Source: an uncultured candidatus Porisulfidus sp.
GTDB taxonomy: Bacteria; Pseudomonadota; Gammaproteobacteria; Poriferisulfidales; Poriferisulfidaceae
Direction of reading: 5' to 3'
DNA length: 64,000 bases
NCBI GenBank assembly: GCA_965204575.1
Contig: OZ241993.1
Coordinates: forward strand, 1,344,001-1,408,000
Positions 22,482 through 32,811 of this stretch are shown piece after piece. How positions within the stretch are numbered: the first letter of the stretch is position 1; each line of letters opens with the position of its first letter. Under the pieces are notes generated by a model, which did no database searches, was not told where the DNA came from, and was given only the letters and a program-made list of their open reading frames with translations. The position numbers were made by a program, and so were the translations under genes.

Positions 22482-23270
22482 CTAATTTTTCAGGGCTTCG
22501 AGCCGCCCCAGCATTTCTTCCAGCACTTTCGGCGGTGCCGCGATGATGTTGCCGCTGGCGAGCGGGTCTTCGCCACCATCCAGATCTTTCACGATCGCGC
22601 CCGCTTCCCTCGCAAGCACGACCCCGGCGGCCATGTCCCAGGGCTTGAGGCCGAATTCCCAGAAGCCGTCGAATCGTCCCGCTGCGAGGTAGGCGAGATC
22701 CAGTGCCGCCGAGCCTGCACGGCGGACCCCGGCAGTCTCCGGAATCAGGACCCGCAGGGTGACCAGGTAGTGGTCGAGGTCGGCGCCGTCGCGGAACGGG
22801 AATCCCGTGGCAAGCAGGGCGTCCGCCAGCCCCTGTCCGGCGCGGGCGCGGATGCGCCGCCCGTCGAGGAAGGCCCCGCGGCCGGCCTCCGCGGTGAACA
22901 GTTCCTGCTTGAATGGGTCGTACACGACCCCGAGCAGCAGCTTGTCTTGCTGTCGCAGGGCGATCGACACGGCATAGTGGGGGATGCCGAACAGGAAGTT
23001 GGTGGTGCCGTCGAGCGGGTCGACCAGCCATTCGAATTCGGCGTCGGAGGACGTGCTGGTCGCGGCTTCTTCCGCCAGGATGGCGTGCTCCGGATGCGCT
23101 TTGTGCAGGCGGGAGACGATCTCCTCTTCGGCTTCGCGGTCCACGCTGGAGACGAAATCATGCGAACCCTTGCGCTCCACCGCGACCCGGTCGGTGAAGT
23201 TGTGGTGGCGGATGATGATCCGGCCGGCCGCCTCGGCGGCATCAACGGCGATGTTCAGCAGGGCGCTCAT
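22482..23270 (-). CDS. suhB: Inositol monophosphatase SuhB
   Basis: WLVDPLDGTTNF, RRAGSAALDL, WDMAAG. Confidence 0.93.
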   Translation of the reverse strand: MSALLNIAVDAAEAAGRIIIRHHNFTDRVAVERKGSHDFVSSVDREAEEEIVSRLHKAHPEHAILAEEAATSTSSDAEFEWLVDPLDGTTNFLFGIPHYAVSIALRQQDKLLLGVVYDPFKQELFTAEAGRGAFLDGRRIRARAGQGLADALLATGFPFRDGADLDHYLVTLRVLIPETAGVRRAGSAALDLAYLAAGRFDGFWEFGLKPWDMAAGVVLAREAGAIVKDLDGGEDPLASGNIIAAPPKVLEEMLGRLEALKN

Positions 23271-23397
23271 GGGACAGGGGGTGCGGGCAGGCGTGCCCGC
23301 ACGGGTTTCTGGTTTCGGGGGTGGGGAAACGGGATCGTAATCTTGTATTATAAGAAACGGGCTTCAGCCTCTGCCTTCTTCCGGCCGGGAAATCAAT

Positions 23398-23742
23398 ATG
23401 ACAGGCACAGCGCGGGTCAACAAGGAATTTCTCCAGCGCATGGCCCAGGCCATCGTGGACGAGGTCGACCCGGAGCAGGTCATCCTGTTCGGCTCGCACG
23501 CCCGGGGAGATGCGAGAGAGGACTCGGACGTGGACCTGATCGTGATCGAAGCCGAGCCATTCGATGGGGAAAGATGCAGGCACTCCGAGAGAGTGCGCGT
23601 CCGGAAAGCGGTCCGGGAGTTCAAGGTGCCGAAAGATATCCTGGTGTTCAGCCTCGAAGACGTCGAATACTGGCGCGATTCTCTCAACAACGTCTTGGCG
23701 CGAGCACTCAGAGAGGGCAAGGTACTCTATGAGCGACCCTAA
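23398..23742 (+). CDS. Minimal nucleotidyltransferase (MNT), copy 1
   Basis: LFGSHARGDAREDSDVDLIV (GS-x10-DxD). Confidence 0.9.
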   Translation: MTGTARVNKEFLQRMAQAIVDEVDPEQVILFGSHARGDAREDSDVDLIVIEAEPFDGERCRHSERVRVRKAVREFKVPKDILVFSLEDVEYWRDSLNNVLARALREGKVLYERP

Positions 23743-24118
23743 GCAAGCCCGCTTGTTGCTGGAAGCGGCGGAAGAGGACATGAACCTGTTTCGCGGGATT
23801 GTGGGCAATCCTGCCCTTACCGACAGGATTTTTGGCTACAACGTTCAGCAGGTGGCGGAAAAGTGCCTGAAATCTTGGCTCTGCCTCATGGGCGAAACCT
23901 ATCCATTTACTCATGATCTCGAAGTTCTTCGTGAGCAACTCGCCGGTTGTGGAGCGGATGTCGGGAGGTTTAAAGCACTGGAAGAGTTTACCGACTATGC
24001 GGGGGATTTGCGCTACCAGCCGACGGATTCCACCCAAAAACCTCTTGACCGGGAGTCTGCATTTTCCTTGGTAGAGGAGCTGCTGGAGAAGGTTCAAAAT
24101 GTGGTAAAGGAAACATGA
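23729..24118 (+). CDS. HEPN domain protein, copy 1
   Basis: QQVAEKCLKS, YPFTHDL, LRY; overlaps the MNT stop. Confidence 0.85.
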   Translation: MSDPKQARLLLEAAEEDMNLFRGIVGNPALTDRIFGYNVQQVAEKCLKSWLCLMGETYPFTHDLEVLREQLAGCGADVGRFKALEEFTDYAGDLRYQPTDSTQKPLDRESAFSLVEELLEKVQNVVKET

Positions 24119-24139
24119 ATGCACGCGACGGGTTTTGAC

Positions 24140-24478
24140 ATGACGACGAAGGTCAATGAGGAGTTTCTCCAGCGCATGGCCCAGGCCATCGTGGACGAGG
24201 TCGCCCCGGAGCAGGTCATCCTGTTCGGTTCGCATGCCCGCGGCGACGCTCGGGAGGACTCGGACGTGGACCTGATCGTCATTGAAGCCGAACCGTTCGG
24301 CGATGGCCGGTGCCAACTCTCCGAAATGACGCGCATCCGCGAGGCGATCAAGGACTTCAAGGTCCCCAAGGACATCCTGGTGTTCAGCCTCGAAGACGTC
24401 GAGTACTGGCGGGACTCCCTCAACAACGTTCTGGCGCGTGCCCTGCGGGAGGGCAAGGTCCTGTATGAGCGATCCTAA
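24140..24478 (+). CDS. MNT, copy 2
   Basis: Near-duplicate of copy 1. Confidence 0.9.
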   Translation: MTTKVNEEFLQRMAQAIVDEVAPEQVILFGSHARGDAREDSDVDLIVIEAEPFGDGRCQLSEMTRIREAIKDFKVPKDILVFSLEDVEYWRDSLNNVLARALREGKVLYERS

Positions 24479-24860
24479 GCAGGCCCGCCACCTTCTGCAG
24501 GTGGCGGAAGAGGACCTGAGTGTGCTTCGTGCCCAGAAAGACAGGGCCGTCTTCATTGATCGAGTGTTCGGATTCACCGTGCAACAGGCGATGGAGAAGA
24601 TATTGAAAGCGTGCATCTGTCTCGCGGGTTCGACCTATCCGCACACGCATGACCTGAGCATCCTTTTCGATGTACTTGGAGAAGGCGGGTCGGACCTGAT
24701 GGAACCCGATGCGGAGCTGGTCAAATACACCGCGTTCGCCGGTGCCCTACGCTACCAGCCCGCCGACCCGAAAATGAAGCCCCTCGACCGGGAACGCGCG
24801 GTCGCGCTTGTGGAGACATTGCTGGAAAGAGCCCGGCGGCGGCTTGCCGAGAAGCAATAA
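24465..24860 (+). CDS. HEPN domain protein, copy 2
   Basis: QQAMEKILKA, YPHTHDL, LRY. Confidence 0.85.
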   Translation: MSDPKQARHLLQVAEEDLSVLRAQKDRAVFIDRVFGFTVQQAMEKILKACICLAGSTYPHTHDLSILFDVLGEGGSDLMEPDAELVKYTAFAGALRYQPADPKMKPLDRERAVALVETLLERARRRLAEKQ

Positions 24861-24914
24861 AGGGGAATTCCCCCGATAAGCTCCGGCCTCATTTCCCGGC
24901 CTATCCCTTAAGGA

Positions 24915-24939
24915 ATACTTGACTAATGCGGTCAGGTAT
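24915..24939 (+). promoter_or_regulatory. Type 1 IscR binding site over the isc promoter
   Basis: ATACTTGACTAATGCGGTCAGGTAT closely fits ATASYYGACT-N5-AGTCRRSTAT and includes a TTGACT -35. Confidence 0.8.
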
Positions 24940-24981
24940 GCCACTATTATCGTCATTCCGCATCGCCGGAGGCTGGATGCC

Positions 24982-25479
24982 ATGAAACTGAATGCGAAAG
25001 GACGTTATGCCGTAACCGCCATGCTGGACGTGGCGCTGCACGGCGAGGAAGGGCCGGTGGCACTTGCGGGCATCGCCGAGCGCCAGGGCATCTCGCGCTC
25101 TTACCTTGAGCAGCTGTTCTCCCGCCTGAGGCGGGCCGGATTGGTCGACAGCGTGCGCGGGCCCGGCGGCGGATACTGCTTGGCGCGGGACGTGCCGGAG
25201 ATCTCGATCGCCGAGGTGATCGCGGCGGTCGACGAAAGCGTGGATGCGACGCGCTGCGGCGGTCGCGAGAACTGCCAGGACAACCAGCCCTGCCTGACTC
25301 ACGGCCTGTGGGAGGAGTTGGGCCGTGAAATCGAGCGCTACCTGGGCCGCGTCAGCCTGGCGGATGTGCTTCGCCAGCAGCGGGTCCGCGAAGTGGCCTT
25401 GCGCCAGAACGTAAAGTTTGCCGAACACCGCGGGTTCCCCGCGGGGTCGGCCATGGAAGGGCGGGAGGCCGTGTTGTGA
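24982..25479 (+). CDS. iscR: Fe-S cluster assembly regulator IscR
   Basis: [25 protein letters not shown], three Cys plus LTH. Confidence 0.95.
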   Translation: MKLNAKGRYAVTAMLDVALHGEEGPVALAGIAERQGISRSYLEQLFSRLRRAGLVDSVRGPGGGYCLARDVPEISIAEVIAAVDESVDATRCGGRENCQDNQPCLTHGLWEELGREIERYLGRVSLADVLRQQRVREVALRQNVKFAEHRGFPAGSAMEGREAVL

Positions 25480-26699
25480 ACGACATCAATCTTCCCATCT
25501 ACCTGGACTACTCCGCGACCACGCCGGTGGACCCCCGGGTGGCGGACAAGATGCGCCAGTACCTGACGCCGGACGGCGAGTTCGGCAACCCCGCCTCGCG
25601 CTCGCACAGCTTCGGCTGGCATGCCGAGGAGGCGGTCGACGAGGCGCGCAAGCAGGTCGCGGCCCTGATCGGCGCGGACCCGCGCGAAATCGTCTGGACC
25701 AGCGGCGGCACCGAGTCGGACAACCTGGCGATCAAGGGCGCCGCCCATTTCTACCAGAAGAAGGGCAAGCACATCGTCACCGTCAAGACCGAGCACAAGG
25801 CGGTGCTGGACACCTGCCGGCAGCTGGAGCGGGAAGGCTTCGAGGTGACCTACCTGGCGCCGCAGGCGGACGGCCTGCTCGACCTGGCCGAACTGGAGGC
25901 CTCGCTGCGCGACGACACGGTGCTGGTGTCGGTGATGCACGTCAACAACGAGATCGGCGTCGTCCAGGATATCGGCACGATCGGCAAGATGACCCACGAG
26001 CGCGGCATCGTCCTGCACGTCGATGCGGCGCAGGGCGCCGGCAAGATTCCGATCGACGTGCACGAGATGCAGGTCGACCTGATGACCCTGTCCGCACACA
26101 AGATCTACGGCCCGAAAGGGATCGGCGCCTTGTACATCTGCCGCAAGCCCCGGGTACGCCTGGAGGCGCAGATGCACGGCGGCGGCCACGAGCGCGGGTT
26201 GCGCTCCGGCACCCTGCCGACGCACCAGATCGTCGGCATGGGCGAGGCATTCCGGATCGCCCGCGAGGAAATGGCGGAGGAATCGGCCCGCATCCGCGCG
26301 CTGCGCGACCGGCTCTGGGACGGCCTGAACAAGATGGAAGAGGTCTACCTCAACGGCGACCTCGAACAGCGGGTGCCGGGCAACCTCAACGTCAGCTTCA
26401 ACTTCGTGGAGGGCGAATCGCTGATCATGGCGCTCAAGGACGTCGCGGTGTCCAGCGGCTCGGCCTGTACCTCGGCCTCGCTGGAACCCAGCTACGTGCT
26501 GCGCGCGCTGGGCCGCAACGACGAACTGGCGCACAGTTCGCTGCGCTTCACCATCGGGCGTTTCACGACCGAGGAAGAAATCGATTACACCGTTTCACTC
26601 ATCGAGCAAGCCGTGCAGCGGCTTCGCGACCTCTCGCCTCTCTGGGAGATGTATCAGGAAGGGGTCGACCTGGACTCGGTGCAGTGGGCGGTTCACTGA
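25476..26699 (+). CDS. iscS: Cysteine desulfurase IscS
   Basis: [28 protein letters not shown]. Confidence 0.97.
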   Translation: MNDINLPIYLDYSATTPVDPRVADKMRQYLTPDGEFGNPASRSHSFGWHAEEAVDEARKQVAALIGADPREIVWTSGGTESDNLAIKGAAHFYQKKGKHIVTVKTEHKAVLDTCRQLEREGFEVTYLAPQADGLLDLAELEASLRDDTVLVSVMHVNNEIGVVQDIGTIGKMTHERGIVLHVDAAQGAGKIPIDVHEMQVDLMTLSAHKIYGPKGIGALYICRKPRVRLEAQMHGGGHERGLRSGTLPTHQIVGMGEAFRIAREEMAEESARIRALRDRLWDGLNKMEEVYLNGDLEQRVPGNLNVSFNFVEGESLIMALKDVAVSSGSACTSASLEPSYVLRALGRNDELAHSSLRFTIGRFTTEEEIDYTVSLIEQAVQRLRDLSPLWEMYQEGVDLDSVQWAVH

Positions 26700-26723
26700 C
26701 AATGCTAAGCAGGAGAAAACATC

Positions 26724-27149
26724 ATGGCATATGGAAAAAAAGTTCTGGATCACTATGAGAACCCGCGCAACGTCGGTTCGCTGGACAAGGACGACGCGCA
26801 GGTGGGCACCGGCATGGTCGGCGCGCCGGCCTGCGGGGACGTGATGAAGCTTCAGATCAAGGTCAGCGACGAAGGCGTGATCGAGGACGCCAAGTTCAAG
26901 ACCTACGGCTGCGGCTCGGCGATCGCGTCGTCCAGCCTGTTGACCGAGTGGGTGCGCGGCAAGACCCTGGCGGAAGCCGGCGAGATCCGCAACACCGACA
27001 TCGCGGAGGAACTGGCATTGCCGCCGGTGAAGATCCACTGCTCGGTGCTGGCGGAAGACGCCATCCAAGCGGCGATCGAGGACTACGAAGGCAAGCAGGG
27101 CCGCAAGGCCGGCGCGCCGGACGAGGCAGAACTGGCGGAAGCCGTCTGA
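26724..27149 (+). CDS. iscU: Fe-S scaffold IscU
   Basis: [18 protein letters not shown]. Confidence 0.97.
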   Translation: MAYGKKVLDHYENPRNVGSLDKDDAQVGTGMVGAPACGDVMKLQIKVSDEGVIEDAKFKTYGCGSAIASSSLLTEWVRGKTLAEAGEIRNTDIAEELALPPVKIHCSVLAEDAIQAAIEDYEGKQGRKAGAPDEAELAEAV

Positions 27150-27162
27150 ATCGGCCGCCGCC

Positions 27163-27486
27163 GTGGCCATCTCGCTGACTGAAGCCGCAGCCGGGCAGGT
27201 TCGCGCCCATCTGGAGAAGCGCGGACGCGGGCTCGGCCTGCGCCTGGGGGTGAAGACCACCGGGTGCTCCGGGATGGCCTATGTGCTGGAGTTCGCCGAT
27301 TCCGTGGAGGAGGACGATCAGGTGTTCGAGGACAAGGGCGTGAAGGTGGTGGTGTCCCCGAAGAGCCTGGCCTATTTGGACGGCGCCGAACTGGATTACG
27401 GACGCGAAGGACTGAACGAGGGGTTCCGCTTCACCAACCCCAACGAGAAAGCGCGGTGCGGGTGCGGCGAAAGTTTCAGCATCTGA
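27163..27486 (+). CDS. iscA: Fe-S assembly protein IscA
   Basis: GCSGMAY, CGCGESF. Confidence 0.96.
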   Translation: MAISLTEAAAGQVRAHLEKRGRGLGLRLGVKTTGCSGMAYVLEFADSVEEDDQVFEDKGVKVVVSPKSLAYLDGAELDYGREGLNEGFRFTNPNEKARCGCGESFSI

Positions 27487-27508
27487 GCGACAGGATCAGG
27501 GGGCGGCG

Positions 27509-28033
27509 GTGCCGCTGGAACTTCCCCAGAATTATTTCGAACTGTTTCAGTTGGCGTGCGCGCTCGAGGTGGACGAGCGGCAGCTGACCGAACGGTACCG
27601 CGCCCTGCAGCGGGAATTGCACCCGGACCGTTTCGCGGCGGCCGGCCCGCAGGAGCGGCGCCTCGCGGCGCAGGCCGCGGCCCACGTCAACCAGGCGTAC
27701 CGCACCCTGAGCGACCGGCACGAACGTGCCGCCTATCTCCTCCACTTGCAGGGAGTCGCGATAGACGACGAGAAAGACACGTCGACCGACACCGAATTCC
27801 TGATGCGGCAGATGGAGTTGCGCGAGGGGATGGAGGCGCTTGACGAGATGCCGGCGGTCGAAGCCTTTGGCGCCCGTCTTGAGCAGGAGGCCGGGGCGCT
27901 GTGGGAGGATTTCGGGGCGTGCTACGCCGGGGAGCGCTGGCCGGACGCACGGGAAGCCCTGCTGAAGCTCCGCTTTTACCGCCGCCTGCAGCAACAGTTG
28001 CAGGCCCGCAAAGAGCAATTCGCAGCGGGATAG
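27509..28033 (+). CDS. hscB: Co-chaperone HscB
   Basis: NYFELF, HPD J-domain, FLMRQMELRE. Confidence 0.94.
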   Translation: MPLELPQNYFELFQLACALEVDERQLTERYRALQRELHPDRFAAAGPQERRLAAQAAAHVNQAYRTLSDRHERAAYLLHLQGVAIDDEKDTSTDTEFLMRQMELREGMEALDEMPAVEAFGARLEQEAGALWEDFGACYAGERWPDAREALLKLRFYRRLQQQLQARKEQFAAG

Positions 28034-28037
28034 GAAG

Positions 28038-29885
28038 ATGGCCCTGCTGCAAATTTCGGAACCGGGGCAGGGCGGCCCCAGGCGGCGCGCCTGCGGCATC
28101 GACCTGGGTACGACGCATTCGCTCGTCGCGGTGATGCGGGACGGGCAGGCGGTCACGCTGCCGGATGCCGAGGGGCGCCATCGCCTCCCTTCGGTGGTGC
28201 ACTACGGAGCCGGGTCAGGGACGGTCGGCTGGTCGGCCGTGCAGGCGGCCGCGGATGATCCGGACAACGCGTTCTTTTCGATCAAGCGCTCGATGGGCCG
28301 CGGCACCGCGGATCTTGATGACGCATACGACCTGGCCGGGAATCCGGCGGCGGGTGTGCCGCGTTTTCGGACGGTGGCCGGGCCGAAGACCGCCGTGGAG
28401 ATCTCGGCCGACATCTTGAGCGCCCTGCGGGCCCGGGCCGAAGAGGAATTGGACGGCGAGTTGGACGGGGCCGTGATCACGGTGCCCGCTTACTTCGACG
28501 AAGCGCAGCGGCAGGCGACCAAGGATGCGGCCCGCTTGGCCGGGCTGCCGGTTCTGCGGCTGATCAACGAGCCGACCGCAGCTTCGATCGCCTATGGGCT
28601 GGACCAGCAGGACGACCGCGGGCTGATCGCGGTGTTCGACCTGGGCGGGGGGACGTTCGACATTTCGATCCTGCGCCTGAGCCGGGGCGTGTTCGAAGTG
28701 CTGGCGACGGGCGGCGATACCGAATTGGGCGGGGATGACTTGGACCGGATCCTGTTGGCCTGGGCGCAGAAGGAATGCGGCGTGGAAGAAGCGGACCGGG
28801 CTTGGACGCGGAGGATTCTCCAGGCCGTGCGCCAGGCTCGGGAGGCCTTGTCGGAACAGGAGTCGGTTCAGGTTGATTGTGGTGATGGACGAGCCTTGAC
28901 CCTGACCCGAGACGAACTGGAGCAATGGTCGGCGCCTCTGCTTGAGCGAATGCTGCAGTGCTGCCGCCGCGCCCTAGCGGACGCCGGAGTCGAGACGGGG
29001 GCGGTGCAGGAGGTGGTCATGGTCGGGGGCGTGACGCGGATGCCGTACCTGCGTCGCGAGGTCTCGAGGTTTTTCTCTCGCGAGGTCCATACCGGGATCG
29101 ACCCGGACCGGGTGGTGGCGCTGGGCGCCGCGGTCCAGGCCGACGTGCTGGCGGGCAACGCGCAAGATCAGGATTTGCTGTTGCTGGACGTGATTCCCCT
29201 GTCGCTCGGGATCGAGATCATGGGCGGGCTGGTCGAGCGGATCATCGACCGCAACACCACCATCCCGGCCCACCATGCCCAGGAATTCACCACGTTCAAG
29301 GATGGGCAGACTGCGCTTGCGGTGCACGTGGTGCAGGGCGAACGGGAGTTGGTGTCGGATTGCCGCTCGCTGGCGCGCTTCGAATTGCGCGGCATCCCGC
29401 CGATGACTGCGGGTGCTGCGCGCATCCGGGTCGAGTTCCAGGTTGATGCGGACGGGTTGCTGACCGTGGAGGCGATGGAGACCGTCAGCGGGGTGCGCGC
29501 CGGGGTATCAGTCAAGCCTTCCTACGGGCTGGAAGAATCGGAAATCGAACAGATGCTCCGGGAGTCGGTCGAGCATGCCGAGGAAGACGTGGCGAGCCGT
29601 GCCCTGAACGAGCAGCAGGTCGAGGCGGACCGGGTGGTGCAGGCTTTGCGGGACGCGTTGGCGGCGGACGGGGATATACTGTCGAACGATGCGGAGCGCG
29701 CCGGGATCGAGGCGGCGGCGCAGGCCCTGGTACAGCTGCGGGACGGGACGGATGCCGACGCGATCCGAGCCGGGATCAAGGCACTGGAGGAGGTTTGCGA
29801 GCCATTCGTGGAACGGCGCATGAACCGCAGTATCCGGCAAGCCATGCAAGGACACAAGGTTGAGGAATTTCAGGAGCAGGACTGA
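28038..29885 (+). CDS. hscA: Chaperone HscA
   Basis: MALLQISEPG, GIDLGTT, Hsp70 motifs, VKPSYGL. Confidence 0.96.
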   Translation: MALLQISEPGQGGPRRRACGIDLGTTHSLVAVMRDGQAVTLPDAEGRHRLPSVVHYGAGSGTVGWSAVQAAADDPDNAFFSIKRSMGRGTADLDDAYDLAGNPAAGVPRFRTVAGPKTAVEISADILSALRARAEEELDGELDGAVITVPAYFDEAQRQATKDAARLAGLPVLRLINEPTAASIAYGLDQQDDRGLIAVFDLGGGTFDISILRLSRGVFEVLATGGDTELGGDDLDRILLAWAQKECGVEEADRAWTRRILQAVRQAREALSEQESVQVDCGDGRALTLTRDELEQWSAPLLERMLQCCRRALADAGVETGAVQEVVMVGGVTRMPYLRREVSRFFSREVHTGIDPDRVVALGAAVQADVLAGNAQDQDLLLLDVIPLSLGIEIMGGLVERIIDRNTTIPAHHAQEFTTFKDGQTALAVHVVQGERELVSDCRSLARFELRGIPPMTAGAARIRVEFQVDADGLLTVEAMETVSGVRAGVSVKPSYGLEESEIEQMLRESVEHAEEDVASRALNEQQVEADRVVQALRDALAADGDILSNDAERAGIEAAAQALVQLRDGTDADAIRAGIKALEEVCEPFVERRMNRSIRQAMQGHKVEEFQEQD

Positions 29886-30223
29886 TGCCGACGATACGTT
29901 TCCTGCCGCATGAGGAGATCTGCCCGACCGAGCAGGTGGTCGAGGTCGAGCCCGGGGTGAGCATCTGCGATGCGGCCCTGTCCAGCGGCATCGAGATCGA
30001 GCACGCCTGCGAAAAGTCCTGCGCGTGCACGACCTGCCACGTCTACGTCCGGGAAGGGAGCGACTCGCTGGGCGAGGCGAGCGAAGACGAGGAGGACCTG
30101 CTGGACCGGGCGTGGGGCCTGGACCCGGATTCGCGGCTGAGCTGTCAGGCGATCGTGGGCGACGAGGATTTGGTGGTCGAGCTTCCGCGCTACACTATCA
30201 ACCAGGTTTCCGAGCACCACTAG
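29885..30223 (+). CDS. fdx: ISC 2Fe-2S ferredoxin
   Basis: IEHACEKSCACTTCH, SRLSCQ. Confidence 0.96.
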   Translation: MPTIRFLPHEEICPTEQVVEVEPGVSICDAALSSGIEIEHACEKSCACTTCHVYVREGSDSLGEASEDEEDLLDRAWGLDPDSRLSCQAIVGDEDLVVELPRYTINQVSEHH

Positions 30224-30231
30224 GAGGGGAG

Positions 30232-30432
30232 ATGGGGCTTCGCTGGACGGATTCGCTGGAGATCGCGATCGAGCTTGAGGACGCGCACCCGGATGTCGAT
30301 CCGCAGTACGTGCGATTCACCGACCTGTACGAATGGGTCCTGGCGTTGGAAGACTTCGAGGACGGCCCGGAACATTGCGGGGAACGCATCTTGGAAGCGA
30401 TCCAGATGGCTTGGATCGACGAGCACGACTGA
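30232..30432 (+). CDS. iscX: Fe-S assembly protein IscX
   Basis: MGLRWTDSLEIAIEL...VRFTDL...ILEAIQMAW. Confidence 0.93.
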   Translation: MGLRWTDSLEIAIELEDAHPDVDPQYVRFTDLYEWVLALEDFEDGPEHCGERILEAIQMAWIDEHD

Positions 30433-30586
30433 GCGGGATGCCCCGGGATTTCGCATCGCCTCAAACCCTGAAAAGCATGGCCGGGGTGTGCCTGAAGCCC
30501 GATTTGGTTCGGCTCCCTGTGATAAAATTCGCGCGCCCACGGTGCGCCGCGGGCTGACTATTAGATTCTGAACCGGCACGACATCA

Positions 30587-31240
30587 ATGCGCATCATTCT
30601 GCTGGGCGGGCCCGGCGCTGGCAAGGGGACCCAGTCCAGTTACATCTGCGAGCGCTACGGGATCCCGCAAATTTCGACGGGAGACATGCTGCGCAAGGCG
30701 GTCGCGGACGGCACGCCGCTAGGCAAGGAAGCGGAGCAGATCATGAGGCAAGGCGCCCTGGTGCCGGACGAACTGATCCTGGGGCTGGTCGAGCAACGGA
30801 TCGCCGAGCCCGATTGTGGTGACGGTTTTCTGCTGGACGGATTTCCCCGGACTTTGGCGCAGGCGGAAGCGTTGCGCGACTACGAGATCGACATCGACCA
30901 CGTGGTGGAGATCCGGGTGAGCGACGAGGAGATCGTTCGCCGCATGAGCGGGCGACGGGTCCATCCGGTTTCCGGGCGCGTCTACCACATCGAGAACAAT
31001 CCACCTCGGCAAGAAGGGCTGGACGACGACACCGGAGAACCGCTGATTCAGCGCGACGACGACCGGGAAGAAGTCGTTCGGCAGCGCCTGGAGGTTTATC
31101 ATGATCAGACCGAACCGCTCATCGACTACTATTCCAGCTGGGCGGAATCCGGTGGTGAAGGGGCGCCGCGCTATCACGTGATCGACGGAATCGGAAGCAT
31201 CGAGGACATCCGGGACCAGGCGTTTTCTTCCCTGGACTAA
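30587..31240 (+). CDS. adk: Adenylate kinase
   Basis: [25 protein letters not shown]. Confidence 0.97.
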   Translation: MRIILLGGPGAGKGTQSSYICERYGIPQISTGDMLRKAVADGTPLGKEAEQIMRQGALVPDELILGLVEQRIAEPDCGDGFLLDGFPRTLAQAEALRDYEIDIDHVVEIRVSDEEIVRRMSGRRVHPVSGRVYHIENNPPRQEGLDDDTGEPLIQRDDDREEVVRQRLEVYHDQTEPLIDYYSSWAESGGEGAPRYHVIDGIGSIEDIRDQAFSSLD

Positions 31241-31289
31241 AACACTAGGTTACGGTTTGGAACGACAGAATTAAGGAGTATCGAACGCC

Positions 31290-31763
31290 ATGGCAACACC
31301 GACTTTCTTCATGGGCCTTCTCGGGGCACTGGTCGCGATAACGCTGGTGCTGTTCATCATCGCGCAGAACATCGTGGAGCCGGACCTGAAGTTGGACGAC
31401 CCCGAGGTGGCCGAAGCCATTCAAAAGCGGATCGAGCCGATCGGCCGGCTCAATACCGGCGACGCTCCGATTGCGGTCGCGTCCCTGCCGCTCATCTCGG
31501 ATGCCCAGGCCGCACCCGATTTCGAATCAGGGGAAGCCGTCTACAATGCCGTCTGCCAGGCCTGCCACACCACGGGCGTTCTGAATTCGCCGAAGCTGGG
31601 CGACCCCGCGGGCTGGGGGACGCGCCTGTCGAAAGGGAAGGAAACCCTGTACCTGAGCGTGATCAACGGCCTCAACCTGATGCCGCCCAAGGGTGGGCGT
31701 CCGGACCTGTCGGACGAACAGCTCCAGATGGCCGTCGACTATATGCTGGAGAGCCTCAACTGA
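31290..31763 (+). CDS. Membrane-anchored cytochrome c5
   Basis: RIEPIG, CQACH heme motif, MPPKGG. Confidence 0.9.
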   Translation: MATPTFFMGLLGALVAITLVLFIIAQNIVEPDLKLDDPEVAEAIQKRIEPIGRLNTGDAPIAVASLPLISDAQAAPDFESGEAVYNAVCQACHTTGVLNSPKLGDPAGWGTRLSKGKETLYLSVINGLNLMPPKGGRPDLSDEQLQMAVDYMLESLN

Positions 31764-32025
31764 CCGGATCCTCAGGCTCCTGACCGCGCTCCAGCGCATC
31801 CAGACGTTTCTGTAGTTCGCCTAGACGCTCGCGGGTCTTGGCGAGCAGTTTGGACTGCACGTCGAACTCCTCCCGGGTGACTACGTCCAGGCGTTGCAGC
31901 AGGCTTTCGACGCAGGCCCGGACGGTCTTGTGGATTTCTTCGCGGGTCGAGTGCAGAGATTCCGGAATCAGCGCGTCCAGGCGCCGAGCCAGATCATCCA
32001 GTTGCTTGGGGTCGAGGCGAATCAT
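31756..32025 (-). CDS. ubiK: Ubiquinone biosynthesis accessory factor UbiK
   Basis: LDVVTREEFDVQ...LAKTRERL (BMFP family). Confidence 0.88.
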   Translation of the reverse strand: MIRLDPKQLDDLARRLDALIPESLHSTREEIHKTVRACVESLLQRLDVVTREEFDVQSKLLAKTRERLGELQKRLDALERGQEPEDPVS

Positions 32026-32089
32026 GAGGAAGCACCTGCTTGGCATTATACGAGCCACCTGGGGCCGATGCCGATTTTTGTCGTTTTGG

Positions 32090-32142
32090 ATATAGCGTTT
32101 TGCTTTGATAGTGGTTTACCTAGATAAAGCGATATGCTATAT
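32090..32142 (+). promoter_or_regulatory. Putative paired operators of the downstream TA module
   Basis: Two AGC-N5-GCT palindromes inside a larger ATATAGC...GCTATAT inverted repeat. Confidence 0.5.
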
Positions 32143-32162
32143 TCCTTTGAGGAACGGACTCC

Positions 32163-32423
32163 ATGTACCGGCTAACCATAAGAAGGCACGCCATTAAGGT
32201 CCTGCTGAAAATGCCGGAGCAGGATTCTCGACGCGTGCGCGGCGACCTGGAGAAATTGGCGGAAGAGCCGGACCGGCGGGACATTGACGTGGCACGACTG
32301 CGCAGACGTTCTGGTTTTCGTTTGCGGGTCGGCGGCTGGCGCGTCATTTACGAACGAGACGATGAGGCTCGCGAGATCCGTATCCTGCGCATCGGTCCGC
32401 GTGGTGACGTCTACAAAGAATAG
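32163..32423 (+). CDS. RelE/ParE-family toxin
   Basis: FRLRVGGWRVIY, IGPRGDVYK. Confidence 0.9.
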   Translation: MYRLTIRRHAIKVLLKMPEQDSRRVRGDLEKLAEEPDRRDIDVARLRRRSGFRLRVGGWRVIYERDDEAREIRILRIGPRGDVYKE

Positions 32424-32432
32424 GAGGACGAC

Positions 32433-32804
32433 ATGGCCAAACCGCAAGTGATTCTGGACGATGGGGGAAACCCCGCCTTCGCCATCATTCCCTGGGAGGA
32501 GTACCGGCGATGGAGTGAGGAAAATGCCGGGGCAGGGCTGAGTGACGAAGAACTCTACGATCAGGCGATGGCTGCGGCGGAGGAGTCGTTTCCCATCGAG
32601 GTGGCGGACCGCCTGTTGGCCGGGGAGAATGCCGTTAAGGTTCACCGTAACTGCCGTGGAATGACTCAGAGGGATCTGGCGGAAGCTGCCGGCATTAATG
32701 CCGTTTATCTTTCGCAGATCGAAAGAGGCAAGCGTACCGGATCGACTAGGACCTTGGCCGCCATTGCCGATGCCTTGGGCATTGGCGTGGATTCCTTGAT
32801 CTGA
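32433..32804 (+). CDS. XRE-HTH antitoxin (toxin-first, HigBA-like order)
   Basis: RGMTQRDLAEAAGINAVYLSQIERGKR. Confidence 0.88.
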   Translation: MAKPQVILDDGGNPAFAIIPWEEYRRWSEENAGAGLSDEELYDQAMAAAEESFPIEVADRLLAGENAVKVHRNCRGMTQRDLAEAAGINAVYLSQIERGKRTGSTRTLAAIADALGIGVDSLI

Positions 32805-32811
32805 GGTTCCC

